A stretch of DNA of 62,112 bases, from NCBI GenBank assembly GCA_964252075.1, contig CAXULY010000033.1, forward strand, positions 1 through 62,112. Direction: 5' to 3'. This DNA is from an uncultured Deinococcaceae bacterium. Its GTDB lineage: Bacteria > Deinococcota > Deinococci > Deinococcales > Deinococcaceae. Under the pieces are notes generated by a model, which saw nothing but the letters and a program-made list of their open reading frames with translations, was not told the DNA's origin and made no database searches. This document shows positions 48,713 through 62,112 of the stretch, piece after piece (positions within the stretch are counted from its first letter, which is position 1; every line of letters starts with the position of its first letter). Made by a program: the position numbers and the translations under genes.

Positions 48713-50733
48713 TCAGCAAAATGCACCAGTTGACCCTCGCCGGGCGCCGCAGTGACGCCCGGCGCCTGATCGCTGCCATGCAGCAGGCGGGCGTGGTGCA
48801 TGTGACGCCGGTGCAGGCGGAGAACCTGCAGGTGGGCGCCCTCAGTGGCGCCGAGGCCGAGACCCGCAAGCGCTTCGAGCGCCTGCTGGCCCGCACCGAG
48901 GGCGCGCTGGGCGAACTGGGCGGCAATTACGCCCCCGCCGCCCTGCCGCCCGAGGAGGACTGGGAGACGGCCGTCGAGGCCGCCGCTCAGCCCGTCGCGG
49001 ACCTCAGCGCGCAGCGCGCGGCGCTCGACAACGACCTGGGCGTCGCGCAGACCTTCGGGGATGTCGCGGCGCGCCTCGCGGAGCTGTCCGGCGGCCTGGA
49101 GCGCAGCCCGCGCCTCGCGGTGCTGCCCTTCACGCTGGACGCGAACGCCAGCCTCGGTGAGCTGGAGTCGGCGCTGCGCGCGGACCTCGCGGACCGCTGG
49201 GCGCTCGACACCGCACCTGTGAACCAGACCCTGCGGGCGGGCGTGCTGGTCGTGAAGGCCAGCGAGCGCGCGGCGGGCCGCACGGCCCTCTCGCGCGCCC
49301 GCATCGGCGAGCTGCGCCTGCCCGGTCGTTTCGACGGCCTGCCGCTCGGCGAGGCCGCCGCGCAACTGGGCACCCTGCGCAGCAGCGCGCCCACCGAGCT
49401 GAACCGCATCCGCGGGCAGCTGGACGCCATCGCGCGCCAGCACGGCAGCGTGCTGGTCGCCATCCGCAGCGCGCTGCGCGACATCGTGGGTGTGTACGAC
49501 GTGCAGGCGCAGTCCGCGCGCGGGCAGTACGGCTTCGTCATTCAGGGCTTCGTGCCCGACGAGAGCCTGCCCGCCCTGCACCAGGCCCTGAAGCCCTTCG
49601 AGGGCAACGTGGTGCTGGAAACCAGCCCGGTGGACGAGCACCACGCGGAGAAGGTGCCCGTCAAGATCACGAACGGCGGGTACGTGCGGAACTTCCAGTT
49701 CCTGCTGAACATCTCCGACCCGCCGCGCTACGGCACCTTCGATCCGTCGTGGGTGGTCGCGGTGTTCTTCCCGCTGTTCTTCGGCTTCATCGTGGCGGAC
49801 ATCGGCTTCGGCCTGATCTTCCTGTTCACGGCGCTGTGGGCGCTCGCGCGCAGCAAGCGCGGCGAGAGCCTCCCCATCTCGCTGCTGGGCATCACGCTGG
49901 ACCCCGGCACGCTCTATCAGGTGGCGTACGTGCTGCGCACCATGAGCCTCTGGAGCATCCTGTGGGGCATCTTCACGGGTGAGTTCTTCGGGAACGTGCT
50001 GGAGAGCCACATCCACCTGTTCTACGTGGACCCCAACCTGATTCAGCGCATCTGGGGCGTCACGCTGGGCGGCGAGCACGAGGGCGGCGTCATTCCCATC
50101 CTGTTCCCGCGCACCGACCCGGCCTTCGCGAACACCATCATGATCCTGTGCATCCTGGTGGGCATCGTGTACCTGTTCTGGGCGTGGGGTCTGCGCGCGC
50201 AGCTCAGCATGAAGCACCGCCACATGAACCACTTCTGGGAGGCCGTCGGCATCCTGGGCGGCATGCTGGGCCTCGTGCTGCTGGGCTTCATCTCCAGCGC
50301 GGGCCGCAACTTCGGGGCGCTCTCGAACTTCTCGAACCCCGCCGTGTGGCTCATGCTGCTGGGCTTCGTGATCTTCGTGGTGGGCCTGATCCTGTCGCGC
50401 GCTTTCCTGATGCTCATCGAGATCCTCACGCAGGGCGGCTTCATCATCAGCTTCACGCGTCTCTTCGCGGTGGGCGTCGCCGCCGCCATCCTGGCGAACC
50501 TCGCGACCGACCTCGGTTGGTCGCTGGGCGGCGTGCTGCCGGTCATCGGGCCCATCCTGGGCATCGTGATCGGGCTGATCGTGCACACCTTCCTGTTCGT
50601 GCTGACCATCCTGGGGCACATCATGCAGCCCCTGCGTCTCCACTGGGTGGAGTACCTGAACCCCACCGGCTACTACCAGGAGTCCGGTCCCCGCTACGCT
50701 CCCTTCGCCCGCAACTCGGGCGCTGGAAAATAA
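48709..50733 (+). CDS. atpI: V/A-type ATP synthase subunit I
   Basis: PRYGTFDP, DIGFG, ISFTRLFAVG, QPLRLHWVEY. Confidence 0.93.
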   Translation: MISKMHQLTLAGRRSDARRLIAAMQQAGVVHVTPVQAENLQVGALSGAEAETRKRFERLLARTEGALGELGGNYAPAALPPEEDWETAVEAAAQPVADLSAQRAALDNDLGVAQTFGDVAARLAELSGGLERSPRLAVLPFTLDANASLGELESALRADLADRWALDTAPVNQTLRAGVLVVKASERAAGRTALSRARIGELRLPGRFDGLPLGEAAAQLGTLRSSAPTELNRIRGQLDAIARQHGSVLVAIRSALRDIVGVYDVQAQSARGQYGFVIQGFVPDESLPALHQALKPFEGNVVLETSPVDEHHAEKVPVKITNGGYVRNFQFLLNISDPPRYGTFDPSWVVAVFFPLFFGFIVADIGFGLIFLFTALWALARSKRGESLPISLLGITLDPGTLYQVAYVLRTMSLWSILWGIFTGEFFGNVLESHIHLFYVDPNLIQRIWGVTLGGEHEGGVIPILFPRTDPAFANTIMILCILVGIVYLFWAWGLRAQLSMKHRHMNHFWEAVGILGGMLGLVLLGFISSAGRNFGALSNFSNPAVWLMLLGFVIFVVGLILSRAFLMLIEILTQGGFIISFTRLFAVGVAAAILANLATDLGWSLGGVLPVIGPILGIVIGLIVHTFLFVLTILGHIMQPLRLHWVEYLNPTGYYQESGPRYAPFARNSGAGK

Positions 50734-50758
50734 CCTGAATTCCTTCGGAGGAACCCAA

Positions 50759-51058
50759 ATGAAGAAGATTGCCAAGTACCTGCCCTTCGTCGCCGCCGCC
50801 ACCGTCGCCAGCAGCGCGCTGGCCCAGGAGGCCACCACCGCCGCCGGGGACAACAGCGCGGGCCTGCGCGCCATCGGCGCCGGTCTGGCGCTCGGCCTGG
50901 GCGCCGTGGGCACCGGCCTCGCGCAGGGCCCCATCGGTGCGGCCGCCGCCGGCGTGACCGCCGAGCGCCCCGAGAAGTTCGGCCAGATGGCCATCTGGTT
51001 CTTCATTCCCGAGACGCTGGTCATCTTCGGCTTCGTCGGCTTCTTCCTCCTCCGCTAA
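50759..51058 (+). CDS. atpK: V/A-type ATP synthase proteolipid subunit K
   Basis: IGAGLALGLGAVGTG, IPETLVIFG carboxylate; N-terminal signal-like extension. Confidence 0.93.
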   Translation: MKKIAKYLPFVAAATVASSALAQEATTAAGDNSAGLRAIGAGLALGLGAVGTGLAQGPIGAAAAGVTAERPEKFGQMAIWFFIPETLVIFGFVGFFLLR

Positions 51059-51064
51059 GGGGTC

Positions 51065-51640
51065 ATGGAGATGAGCCTCGCCTCTATTCTGGAGCAGGAA
51101 ATCCGCGGGGAGATCTCGCAGATCAGGGCCGACGCGCAGCGTCAGGCCAGTGAGATCGTGACCCGCGCCCACGAGCAGGCGCAGGCGCTGACCGAGAGCC
51201 GGGCGCGCAGCCTGGAAGCCGAGTATCAGGCTGGCCTCACGCGCGCCCGCAGCGCGGCCACCCTGGAGGTGAGCGCCCTGCGCCTCTCCGGCGCCGACCG
51301 CGTGCAGGCTCAGGCCTTCCAGGAGGCCGAGCGTCAGCTCCGCGCCGTCACCACCTCCGAGTACTACACCGACATCCTGAGTCACCTGATCACCGAGGCG
51401 CGCGCGGCCCTGCCGCAGGCCGAGGCGGTCGAGGTGAACCCCGCCGACCTGAACCGCGCGCGTGAAGCCCTCACCGGCATGAACTGGCCGGTCGAGGTGC
51501 GCCCCAACCCCAGCATCGAGACGGGCGTGCGTCTGGTGGGGGCGGGCGGCAAGACCGGCGTGCAGAACACCCTGCTGGGCCGACTGGAGGCCAGCCGTGA
51601 CGCGCTGGCCTCGCAGGTGGCCCAGGTGCTGAGGGGTTAG
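51065..51640 (+). CDS. atpE: V/A-type ATP synthase subunit E (start may be 51071)
   Basis: SLASILEQE, VEVNPAD, VQNTLLGRL. Confidence 0.9.
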   Translation: MEMSLASILEQEIRGEISQIRADAQRQASEIVTRAHEQAQALTESRARSLEAEYQAGLTRARSAATLEVSALRLSGADRVQAQAFQEAERQLRAVTTSEYYTDILSHLITEARAALPQAEAVEVNPADLNRAREALTGMNWPVEVRPNPSIETGVRLVGAGGKTGVQNTLLGRLEASRDALASQVAQVLRG

Positions 51641-51643
51641 CCG

Positions 51644-52624
51644 ATGGCGAGCCCTTACGCGGCCGTGAACGCGCGCATCAAGGTGATGCGCACCGAACTG
51701 GTGGAGCGTGGCACGCTGGAGGAGGCCCTCACGGCCTCCTCCTACCAGGAGTACCTGCGCGTGCTCTCCGAGAGCACGCTGCGGGAAGACCTGGGCGACG
51801 CCGCCGCCGCCGGTGCGGGCCTGCGCGACCTGGACGCCTCACTGAGCCGCAATTACCTGCGGACCGTGCAACGCCTCCAGAACCTCGCGGTGGGCCCCAC
51901 CTCCCGTGAAATCAACGCGCTGGTCATGCGCTACGACCTCGCGAACCTCAAGACCCTGGTGCGCGGCGTGCTCGCGGGCCGCGCGCCCACCGACATCGAG
52001 GCGGGGCTCGTGCCGGCGGGCACCATCCGCCCGGCGGTGCTGCAGGCGGCGGCCAGCAGCACGGACGTGGCGTCCCTCGCCCAGACCCTCGCGGTGGGCG
52101 GCGGCGCGCTCGGTCAGGTGCTGCGCAGCGCCGTCACGGGCGGCGCCACCGAACCCCTCGAACTTGAAGTCGCGCTCGACCAGGGGTACTACCGCTCCGT
52201 CATCGCGAACGTCCGCGGCGCCAATGCGCGGCGGTACTTCACGCGCGAGATTGACGTGCGCAACCTCCTCACCGCGCTGCAACTGCGCGGCGGGAACGTC
52301 CAGGCGCGCTTCTTCGTGCCGGGCGGCCGCGACGTGACGGAAGGCGACTTCCTGCGCATCGCGGGCGGCGACAACAGCCTCCCCAGCGCGGAACTCGCGC
52401 CCATCCTGGAGGCGTCCGACCTGGGCGGCGCGGAAACCGCGGCCCGCCACATCCTCGACGACGCGTCCCGCAATATCGCCATGGGTGACGCGCTGGGTGC
52501 CGGCGTCGCGCTGGATTTCCTGCGCCGCAAGGAGCAGGAAATCGCCAAACTGCGCCTCATCGGGCGCGCCAAGTACTACGACCTGCCCGCCGAGCAGATC
52601 CGGAGGGAGATCGCGGATGCCTAA
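51644..52624 (+). CDS. atpC: V/A-type ATP synthase subunit C
   Basis: Y..VNARIK, YDL.NLK, EIDVRN, EIAKLRLIGR. Confidence 0.9.
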   Translation: MASPYAAVNARIKVMRTELVERGTLEEALTASSYQEYLRVLSESTLREDLGDAAAAGAGLRDLDASLSRNYLRTVQRLQNLAVGPTSREINALVMRYDLANLKTLVRGVLAGRAPTDIEAGLVPAGTIRPAVLQAAASSTDVASLAQTLAVGGGALGQVLRSAVTGGATEPLELEVALDQGYYRSVIANVRGANARRYFTREIDVRNLLTALQLRGGNVQARFFVPGGRDVTEGDFLRIAGGDNSLPSAELAPILEASDLGGAETAARHILDDASRNIAMGDALGAGVALDFLRRKEQEIAKLRLIGRAKYYDLPAEQIRREIADA

Positions 52625-52943
52625 GGTTGCCGTGCTGGCCGACGAAGAAACCGCCACGGGTTACCGCCTGGCGGGCGTCGAGGTGATCTCGGCGAGCGCC
52701 GAGAACGCCGTGGCGGCCCTCGAGAAGCTCGTGACGCAGGGGGACTACGGCCTCGTCGCCGTGGACACCAGCCTGATTGCCGACCCGGCGAAGGCGGTGG
52801 AGCGCGCCATGCGTGGCCGCGACCTGCCCATCTTGCTGCCCGTGCCGAGCCTGAAGGACGCGTTCTCCAGCGAGACCGTGGACGCCAAGGCGTACATGGG
52901 CAAGCTGGTGCGCGACACCATCGGCTTCGACATCAAACTCTAA
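52617..52943 (+). CDS. atpF: V/A-type ATP synthase subunit F
   Basis: VAVLADEETATGYRLAG, VRDTIGFDIKL. Confidence 0.92.
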   Translation: MPKVAVLADEETATGYRLAGVEVISASAENAVAALEKLVTQGDYGLVAVDTSLIADPAKAVERAMRGRDLPILLPVPSLKDAFSSETVDAKAYMGKLVRDTIGFDIKL

Positions 52944-53054
52944 ACTGTAAGGGTCAGAAAAGAGGGCTGAGGCGACAGGACCGCTGCTGTCCAGCCCTCG
53001 TTTCTCGCCTCCTCACACCCCTTCAGCTTCACCGTTTCATTCAAGGAGTACAGC

Positions 53055-56227
<3,173 letters not shown>

Positions 56228-56314
56228 AAGGGTGTAGGGTGAGGGCTGAGGCGCCGGGCCGCACCGCCTGACCGCCGCAGCCCACACCCCATTCCCCGAG
56301 AGGGAGGTGTACAT

Positions 56315-56998
<684 letters not shown>

Positions 56999-57012
56999 GG
57001 CGCGCTGTGTGG

Positions 57013-57044
57013 AAAGGGGTGGGCATGGTGCCCACCCCTTTTTT
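57013..57044 (+). terminator. Intrinsic terminator of ATPase operon
   Basis: AAAGGGGTGGGCA / TGCCCACCCCTTT followed by T-tract. Confidence 0.88.
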
Positions 57045-57261
57045 GCCATGGAGTGAACAGCGCGTTGCGGTCAGCGCAAGCAGGCATTCCACGATGAGCG
57101 CACGGAGGTCTCGCCTGATGCAGTGAGGTCGGGGCGAGGGCAAGGCATCGTTCTGCTGTGCGGTCCTGAAGCGGCGGGTTGATTGCGATGGGGACAACGG
57201 GTGTTCTTAGAGCTCAGCTGACGCACTTGACTTTTTGAATTAGTAAGTACACACTAACAAT

Positions 57262-57786
57262 ATGTCGCCGGCCTCCACCACCCCCCGTCAGTCAGCGGAC
57301 GAACGGCGGGTGGCGATCATTGAGGCGGCGGTGGCGGAGTTCGCGCTGCATGGGTATGCAGGCGCCGCCACGGACGCCATCGCGCGGCGGGTGGGCATCT
57401 CGCAGCCGTACATCTTCCGGTTGTTCGGCACCAAGAAGGAACTGTTTCTGGCCGCCGCCGAGCGGGTTTTCCAGCACATCTTCGAGCTTTTCATCCACGC
57501 CGCGGAGGGCGCCGCAGCGCAGGGCCGCACGCCGCTTGACGCGATGGGGGAAGCCTACAGCAACCTGCTCCACCAGCGCGATGAGCTGCTGATGCTGCTC
57601 CAGGCCTTCGCGGCGAGTGGCGACCCGGACATTCAGATGAAAGTTCGCGCGCGCTACCGCGACCTGGTGGGCGAGGTGGCGCGCCGCTCCGGTGCGGAGC
57701 GGCAGGACATCTTCGCGTTCTTCTCGGCCGGCATGATGCTGACGGTGGCCGCAGCCCTCGACATGCCGGAGTTCTACGGACACTGA
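57262..57786 (+). CDS. TetR-family regulator
   Basis: HTH IARRVGISQPYIFRLFGTKKELF; TTGACT-17-CACACT promoter 6 nt before ATG. Confidence 0.93.
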   Translation: MSPASTTPRQSADERRVAIIEAAVAEFALHGYAGAATDAIARRVGISQPYIFRLFGTKKELFLAAAERVFQHIFELFIHAAEGAAAQGRTPLDAMGEAYSNLLHQRDELLMLLQAFAASGDPDIQMKVRARYRDLVGEVARRSGAERQDIFAFFSAGMMLTVAAALDMPEFYGH

Positions 57787-57843
57787 AGCGAACACTATTC
57801 CGTCTTGTGTTGTAAGTAAGCAATCAATAACAAGGAGGTTCGC

Positions 57844-58275
57844 GTGTATCATGCCGCCGTTCGGAAGATCACCCGACAGGGATTCGAGGCCATCAGCGCG
57901 GGCCAGTGCGAGCCCGTGCTGCGCCGCTTCCACCCCAGCGCCCGTCTGGTCTTCCAAGGCCACTCCGTGCTCGGTGGCGAATGGCGCGGCCCGCACGCCG
58001 CGCGCCGCTGGTTCAACCTGCTCTTCCAGCTGTTCCCCGGTCTCCACCTCGAAGCGGAGCGCATGCAGGTGAGCGGCTGGCCGTGGCGCACCGTCGTCAT
58101 CACGCACTTTCAGGTGCGCGCCCCCCTGCCGGGCGGCCGGACCTACACCAACGCAGGCGTTCAGGTGCTGCAGCTCGCCTGGGGCCGCATCACCGAGGAC
58201 CTCGTGCTGGAAGACACCGCTCGACTGGACGCAGCCCTGAAGGTCGTTCAGCCACCCGCCGCCGCGCCATCCTGA
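57844..58275 (+). CDS. SnoaL/NTF2-like protein
   Basis: HSVLGG.WRG, SGWPW, YTNAGVQ..WGRI..EDT; AAGGAGG SD. Confidence 0.82.
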   Translation: MYHAAVRKITRQGFEAISAGQCEPVLRRFHPSARLVFQGHSVLGGEWRGPHAARRWFNLLFQLFPGLHLEAERMQVSGWPWRTVVITHFQVRAPLPGGRTYTNAGVQVLQLAWGRITEDLVLEDTARLDAALKVVQPPAAAPS

Positions 58276-58304
58276 CGTCCGCCACCCACAGAAGGAGGAC
58301 CACC

Positions 58305-59264
58305 ATGACCACTGTCCGCGCCCTGCTCGTCCGCTGCTGGCACACCAACCGCCCCCTCACCCTGGTTGGTGTGGGCTCCGCCGCGCTGCTGCTGGTGTGC
58401 GTGATGGCGCTGCTGCTCGACCACCGCACCATCACGGGCGTGCCCGCCTGGAACAAACCCATCAAGTTCGCGGTGTCCAGCGTGCTGTACACCCTCACCT
58501 TCGTGTGGATGCTGGGCTTCGTGCAGGGCCGCGCGCGCCGCTGGGCGAGCCTCGCGGCAAGCCTCACCGCGCTGGGGTTCCTCGTGGAGCTGGTCGTCAT
58601 CGTGACGCAGGTGGTGCGCGGCACCACCAGCCACTTCAACGTCTCGACGCCGCTGGACGCCGCGCTGTACAGCACCATGGGCGGCTTCGTGCTGCTGATC
58701 TGGCTGATGAACCTGCTGGCCGCCGTGCTGCTCATGTTCCAGCCACTGAAGGACCGCCTGCTCGCCTGGAGCCTGCGCCTGGGCCTGGCGCTCACGCTGC
58801 TGGGCGGCAGCGTCGGCGCCCTCATGACCGCCCCGACCGCCGCCCAGATGGACGGCATGCGGGCCGCCGCTCCCAGCGTCGTGGGCGCCCACACCGTCGG
58901 AGCGCCGGACGGCGGCCCCGGCCTGCCCTTCCTCGGCTGGAGCACCCAGCACGGCGACCTGCGCGCCCCGCACTTCGTGGGCCTGCACGCCCTGCAACTG
59001 CTGCCCCTGCTGGCCGCCCTGATTGCCCTTATGGGCCGCCGCTTCGGGTGGGGAGACGCGCAGCGCCTCCGCCTCCTCTGGACGAGCACCCTCACCTACC
59101 TGGGCGTGCTGATCGTGCTGGTGTGGCAGGCCCTGCGGGGGCAGAGCGTCGTGGCGCCCGACACGCTCACCCTCGTGGCATTCCTGACCCTTGCGCTGGC
59201 GGCCGCGCTGAGTGTCACGGTCATCTTGCGCGCCGCACCCTCCCGGACAGCCGCAGTGCGGTAA
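58305..59264 (+). CDS. Polytopic membrane protein of unknown function
   Basis: W.KPIKFA.S, RGTTSHFN, GAHTVG.PDGGPGLP..GWST.HGDLR.PHF.GLHALQ; AAGGAGG SD. Confidence 0.8.
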   Translation: MTTVRALLVRCWHTNRPLTLVGVGSAALLLVCVMALLLDHRTITGVPAWNKPIKFAVSSVLYTLTFVWMLGFVQGRARRWASLAASLTALGFLVELVVIVTQVVRGTTSHFNVSTPLDAALYSTMGGFVLLIWLMNLLAAVLLMFQPLKDRLLAWSLRLGLALTLLGGSVGALMTAPTAAQMDGMRAAAPSVVGAHTVGAPDGGPGLPFLGWSTQHGDLRAPHFVGLHALQLLPLLAALIALMGRRFGWGDAQRLRLLWTSTLTYLGVLIVLVWQALRGQSVVAPDTLTLVAFLTLALAAALSVTVILRAAPSRTAAVR

Positions 59265-59802
59265 GGCTTCGTGCGGCTCCTCGGCAGGCTTGTGTTTTGG
59301 TTCAACCTTCCCAAGGCGGACGTGTTTGTCGTCCTGGGCGGTGGTGGTCTCTCCCTGGCAGGCGCCGTCATGGTCGGACCGCTGCGGCGCCTGAGGCTCG
59401 CTCTTCACGCTGCTGGCTGAGCCATCGCGGACGTGCGGCGCGTTGTGCTCATGCACGTGCACGAGGGATCAGCTGGCAGCCTGTACCTTCTGGTCGCCGT
59501 GCGGAAGCCCCGCTTGAACGCGCCCCGCATCCAATAGCAGAGTCCCCGCGACAGGCGCTCACTGGCAGATCGCCTGCTCAGCGCCTTGATGAACTGCACC
59601 GATAGATGCTTGCCGTGGCCTGCAACGGTGACACAGAGGGGCACTCTGCCCGGACCTGCAAGCCATGTGCCTGCCCAGCCACACGCTCAGACGAGTGCCC
59701 CCACGTTGGCTGGAAGCGCGCCTGCTGCTGGAGCGCGGTGCGGCAACAGTACATGTGAGTGGGCGGGGCGCGATCTTCTGCGCCTCGCCCACCCAGTTGA
59801 CG

Positions 59803-61605
59803 TCAGGACGTTTTGATGGGCGTCACGTCCGCGTCCGGCTGCGCCGGCTCAGGGGTGGGGGTGCGCTCCCCGGTGGTGGCGCGGCGCAGGCGCTCTGCGT
59901 CGCCCTTGAACTCCCGGCGTTCATTCAGCAGGCCGTTCACCTCCTGGAAGGTGTCGGTGAGCTGCGTGTAGCAGAAGCCCTTCAGGGGCGCGCTGCGGTG
60001 CACGGCGCCCAGCAGGCCCTCGTAGCGGCGCACGAAGTCCTCGCTGGTCCGCGCGCGGCTGTACCCCCAGCCTTCCGTCGCGTCCGGCGTGAAGGCAATG
60101 CCGCCGAATTCCGTGAGCATCACGGGCTGACCGCTGTCCCGGGCGGGGTCGAGCAGCAGCGTGCGGTGCCCCGGCTGCACCTCTCGCAAGGTGGTTTGTA
60201 CGCGCTCGGTGCTGCCGTACCGCGCCTCAATGATTTCCGGCTGGTCCGTGTAATCGTGGATGCTCAGGATGTCCGTCGCGCCGTGCTCCCACCCGTCGTT
60301 GCCAATCACGGGGCGGCTGGGGTCCGCGGCCTTCGTGAGGTGGTACAGCGCGTCCAGCAGGTGCTGTGCGCGTGCATTCACGGGCAGGTCCGGCACCCCC
60401 CACGACTCGTTCAGCGGCACCCACGCGACGATGCAGGGGTGCGCGCGGTCGCGTTCGATGGCTTCCAGCCACTCACGCGTGAGGGCGCGCACGCTTCTGT
60501 CCGTGAGGGCGTAGGCGCTCGGCATTTCCTCCCACACGAGGAGGCCCAGGTGGTCCGCCCAGTACAGGTAGCGGGGGTCCTCAATCTTCTGGTGTTTGCG
60601 CGCGCCATTGAATCCCAGCTGCTTGGTGAGCTCCACGTCGCGGCGGAGTTCGTCGTCCGTGGCGCTCATCAGGGAGTCCGGCCAGTACCCCTGGTCCAGC
60701 ACGAGCCGCAACGGGTACGGGAAGCCGTTCAGCAGGAACTGCCCATTCTGCACGCGCACGCTGCGCATGGCGGTGTAGCCCTCCACGCGGTCCAGCGTGC
60801 CGTCCGCGCCGAGCAGTTCCGCTTCCACGTCAATCAGGACGGGGTGCTCCGGGCGCCACGCCAGTTCCCCGCGGATGCTGTCAATGCCGCCGTCCGGCAG
60901 CAGCACCATGCGGTCCGCCTCGCCGTTCAGGACGCTCACGGTGTCGTCGCTGAGCGTGCGGCCCTCCACGCTGAGTTTCAGGCGCACGCGCGCCTCCGGC
61001 ATGGGCGTTCCCGCCAGTACCACGCGCGCGTTGAAGCCCCAGCGTTCCAGGTCCGGCAGCAGTTCCAGCTTCCCGATGAAGGTGTCCGGCACGCGCTCCA
61101 GCCACACCGTCTGCCAGATGCCGGTCGTGCGGGGGTACCAGATGCTGTGCGGCTCCGGGCGCCAGTCCTGCTTGCCGCGCGGCTGGTCCATCGCGAGGGG
61201 GTCGTCGTCCGCGCGCACGGTGATGCGGAGGGTGCCAGACCGCGCCTGCTCCGTCACGTCGAAGGCGAAGGGCGTATGCCCGCCCGTGTGGGTGCCCACG
61301 AAGGCGTCATTCACCCACACCTGCGCGTGGTAATCCACCGCGCCGAAATGCAGCAGCGTGCGCCCGGCGGGCCAGTCCTGCGGCACGCTCACCTCGTGGC
61401 GGTACCACACGGTCTTGCAGTACGCCTCGCGGTGCAGGCCGCTGGCTTTGCTCTCCGGCGGATACGGCACCTGAATGCGCTCCGGGAACAGCTGCGTGGC
61501 GTGCACCTCGCCGCTGGAGGTGGGGTCGAAGGCGAAGGACCACTCGCCGTTCAGACTCTGCCAGGTGGGGCGGGTCAGGAGGGGCCGGGGGTGCGGTTGG
61601 GACAT
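59803..61605 (-). CDS. GH2 glycoside hydrolase (beta-galactosidase/glucuronidase type)
   Basis: HPRP, LHFGAVDY, GKQ, TGIWQTVWLE, LDQGYWP, NESWG, TEFGG, YTQLTD..QE.NG. Confidence 0.93.
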   Translation of the reverse strand: MSQPHPRPLLTRPTWQSLNGEWSFAFDPTSSGEVHATQLFPERIQVPYPPESKASGLHREAYCKTVWYRHEVSVPQDWPAGRTLLHFGAVDYHAQVWVNDAFVGTHTGGHTPFAFDVTEQARSGTLRITVRADDDPLAMDQPRGKQDWRPEPHSIWYPRTTGIWQTVWLERVPDTFIGKLELLPDLERWGFNARVVLAGTPMPEARVRLKLSVEGRTLSDDTVSVLNGEADRMVLLPDGGIDSIRGELAWRPEHPVLIDVEAELLGADGTLDRVEGYTAMRSVRVQNGQFLLNGFPYPLRLVLDQGYWPDSLMSATDDELRRDVELTKQLGFNGARKHQKIEDPRYLYWADHLGLLVWEEMPSAYALTDRSVRALTREWLEAIERDRAHPCIVAWVPLNESWGVPDLPVNARAQHLLDALYHLTKAADPSRPVIGNDGWEHGATDILSIHDYTDQPEIIEARYGSTERVQTTLREVQPGHRTLLLDPARDSGQPVMLTEFGGIAFTPDATEGWGYSRARTSEDFVRRYEGLLGAVHRSAPLKGFCYTQLTDTFQEVNGLLNERREFKGDAERLRRATTGERTPTPEPAQPDADVTPIKTS

Positions 61606-61675
61606 GACGAACCTCGGGCGGGCCGGGGTGGCCTGCAGGGACGCGTGACGGGAGGGGGACCAGCGGAACTGCCAA

Positions 61676-61705
61676 AGCTTACTTCCCGGCCTTGTTTGGT
61701 GTCAA
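61676..61705 (-). promoter_or_regulatory. Sigma-A promoter of GH2 gene
   Basis: Minus strand TTGACA-18 bp-TAAGCT. Confidence 0.7.
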
Positions 61706-61857
61706 GTTTTCTTGTGACTTATACAGAGCGGTTATCCTTGTGCCGCCAGAGGAGAAGGGACTGCGCCCACAGCGGCGGAAACACATGCTCGGCAGGCTGA
61801 CCTGACGTCCGGTTCGGTTCGGCAATGTATCAAGATCGCCGGACACTTTGCGGCAGC

Positions 61858-61887
61858 AAAAAAGCCCCGCCCAGAAGAGGGCGGGGC
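61858..61887 (-). terminator. Intrinsic terminator of rpoC
   Basis: GCCCCGCCC stem, 6-nt loop, T6 on the minus strand. Confidence 0.88.
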
Positions 61888-61902
61888 GAAGTGCGGCTGA
61901 AC

Positions 61903-62112
61903 TCAGTCGGTCGCGCCGGGCTGGTACGTGCGGGGGGCGTCACTGCGCGGCGCGCGGGGCGCCTCGCTGCTGCTGCCCTCACCGTAACGCTCCAGGGTGC
62001 GGTCGTCCGCCACCTGCATGCCGCGCACGATGTCGAGGCCAGTGCCGGCGGGGATCAGCTTGCCGAGAATCACGTTCTCCTTCAGGCCGATCAGCTCGTC
62101 CACCTGACCCTT
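61903..62112 (-). CDS. rpoC: RNA polymerase beta' subunit, C-terminal end (partial)
   Basis: [21 protein letters not shown] conserved motif. Confidence 0.96.
   Translation of the reverse strand, partial: KGQVDELIGLKENVILGKLIPAGTGLDIVRGMQVADDRTLERYGEGSSSEAPRAPRSDAPRTYQPGATD

Noticed and set aside
50759..50830. Signal-peptide-like extension on the ATPase proteolipid
   Set aside because: Already known for the Thermus V/A-ATPase proteolipid; not novel.

Overview
GC-rich chromosomal window from a Deinococcus-like organism (IrrE/PprI next to folP, V/A-type ATP synthase operon, archaeal-type ProRS, many leaderless genes). It runs from the 3' end of a 16S rRNA gene that is terminated straight away (not linked to 23S) to the 3' end of rpoC. 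Contents include an OmpR-type two-component pair, a ROK/sugar-ABC/GH38/DgoD catabolic locus, an FMN riboswitch ahead of an orphan substrate-binding protein, a RIO1 kinase, a secreted M16 protease, proS, a form II CoxSLM-like molybdoenzyme with XdhC/CoxD/CoxE, ACBP-irrE-folP, patatin-lepB, glnK-amtB, the full V/A-ATPase operon, a TetR unit and a GH2 hydrolase. I saw no CRISPR array, prophage or intact IS. The most striking unannotated signal is the leader of the RIO1 kinase gene. It holds a 37-codon uORF with a perfect Shine-Dalgarno. Both shifted frames of that uORF stay open past its stop and end exactly at the kinase start (TAA-GTG-A), and that start sits in the loop of a ~15-bp hairpin. This architecture suggests a frameshift/translation-fidelity sensor controlling a ribosome-associated kinase. 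All family calls come from motif recognition by eye; no searches were run.
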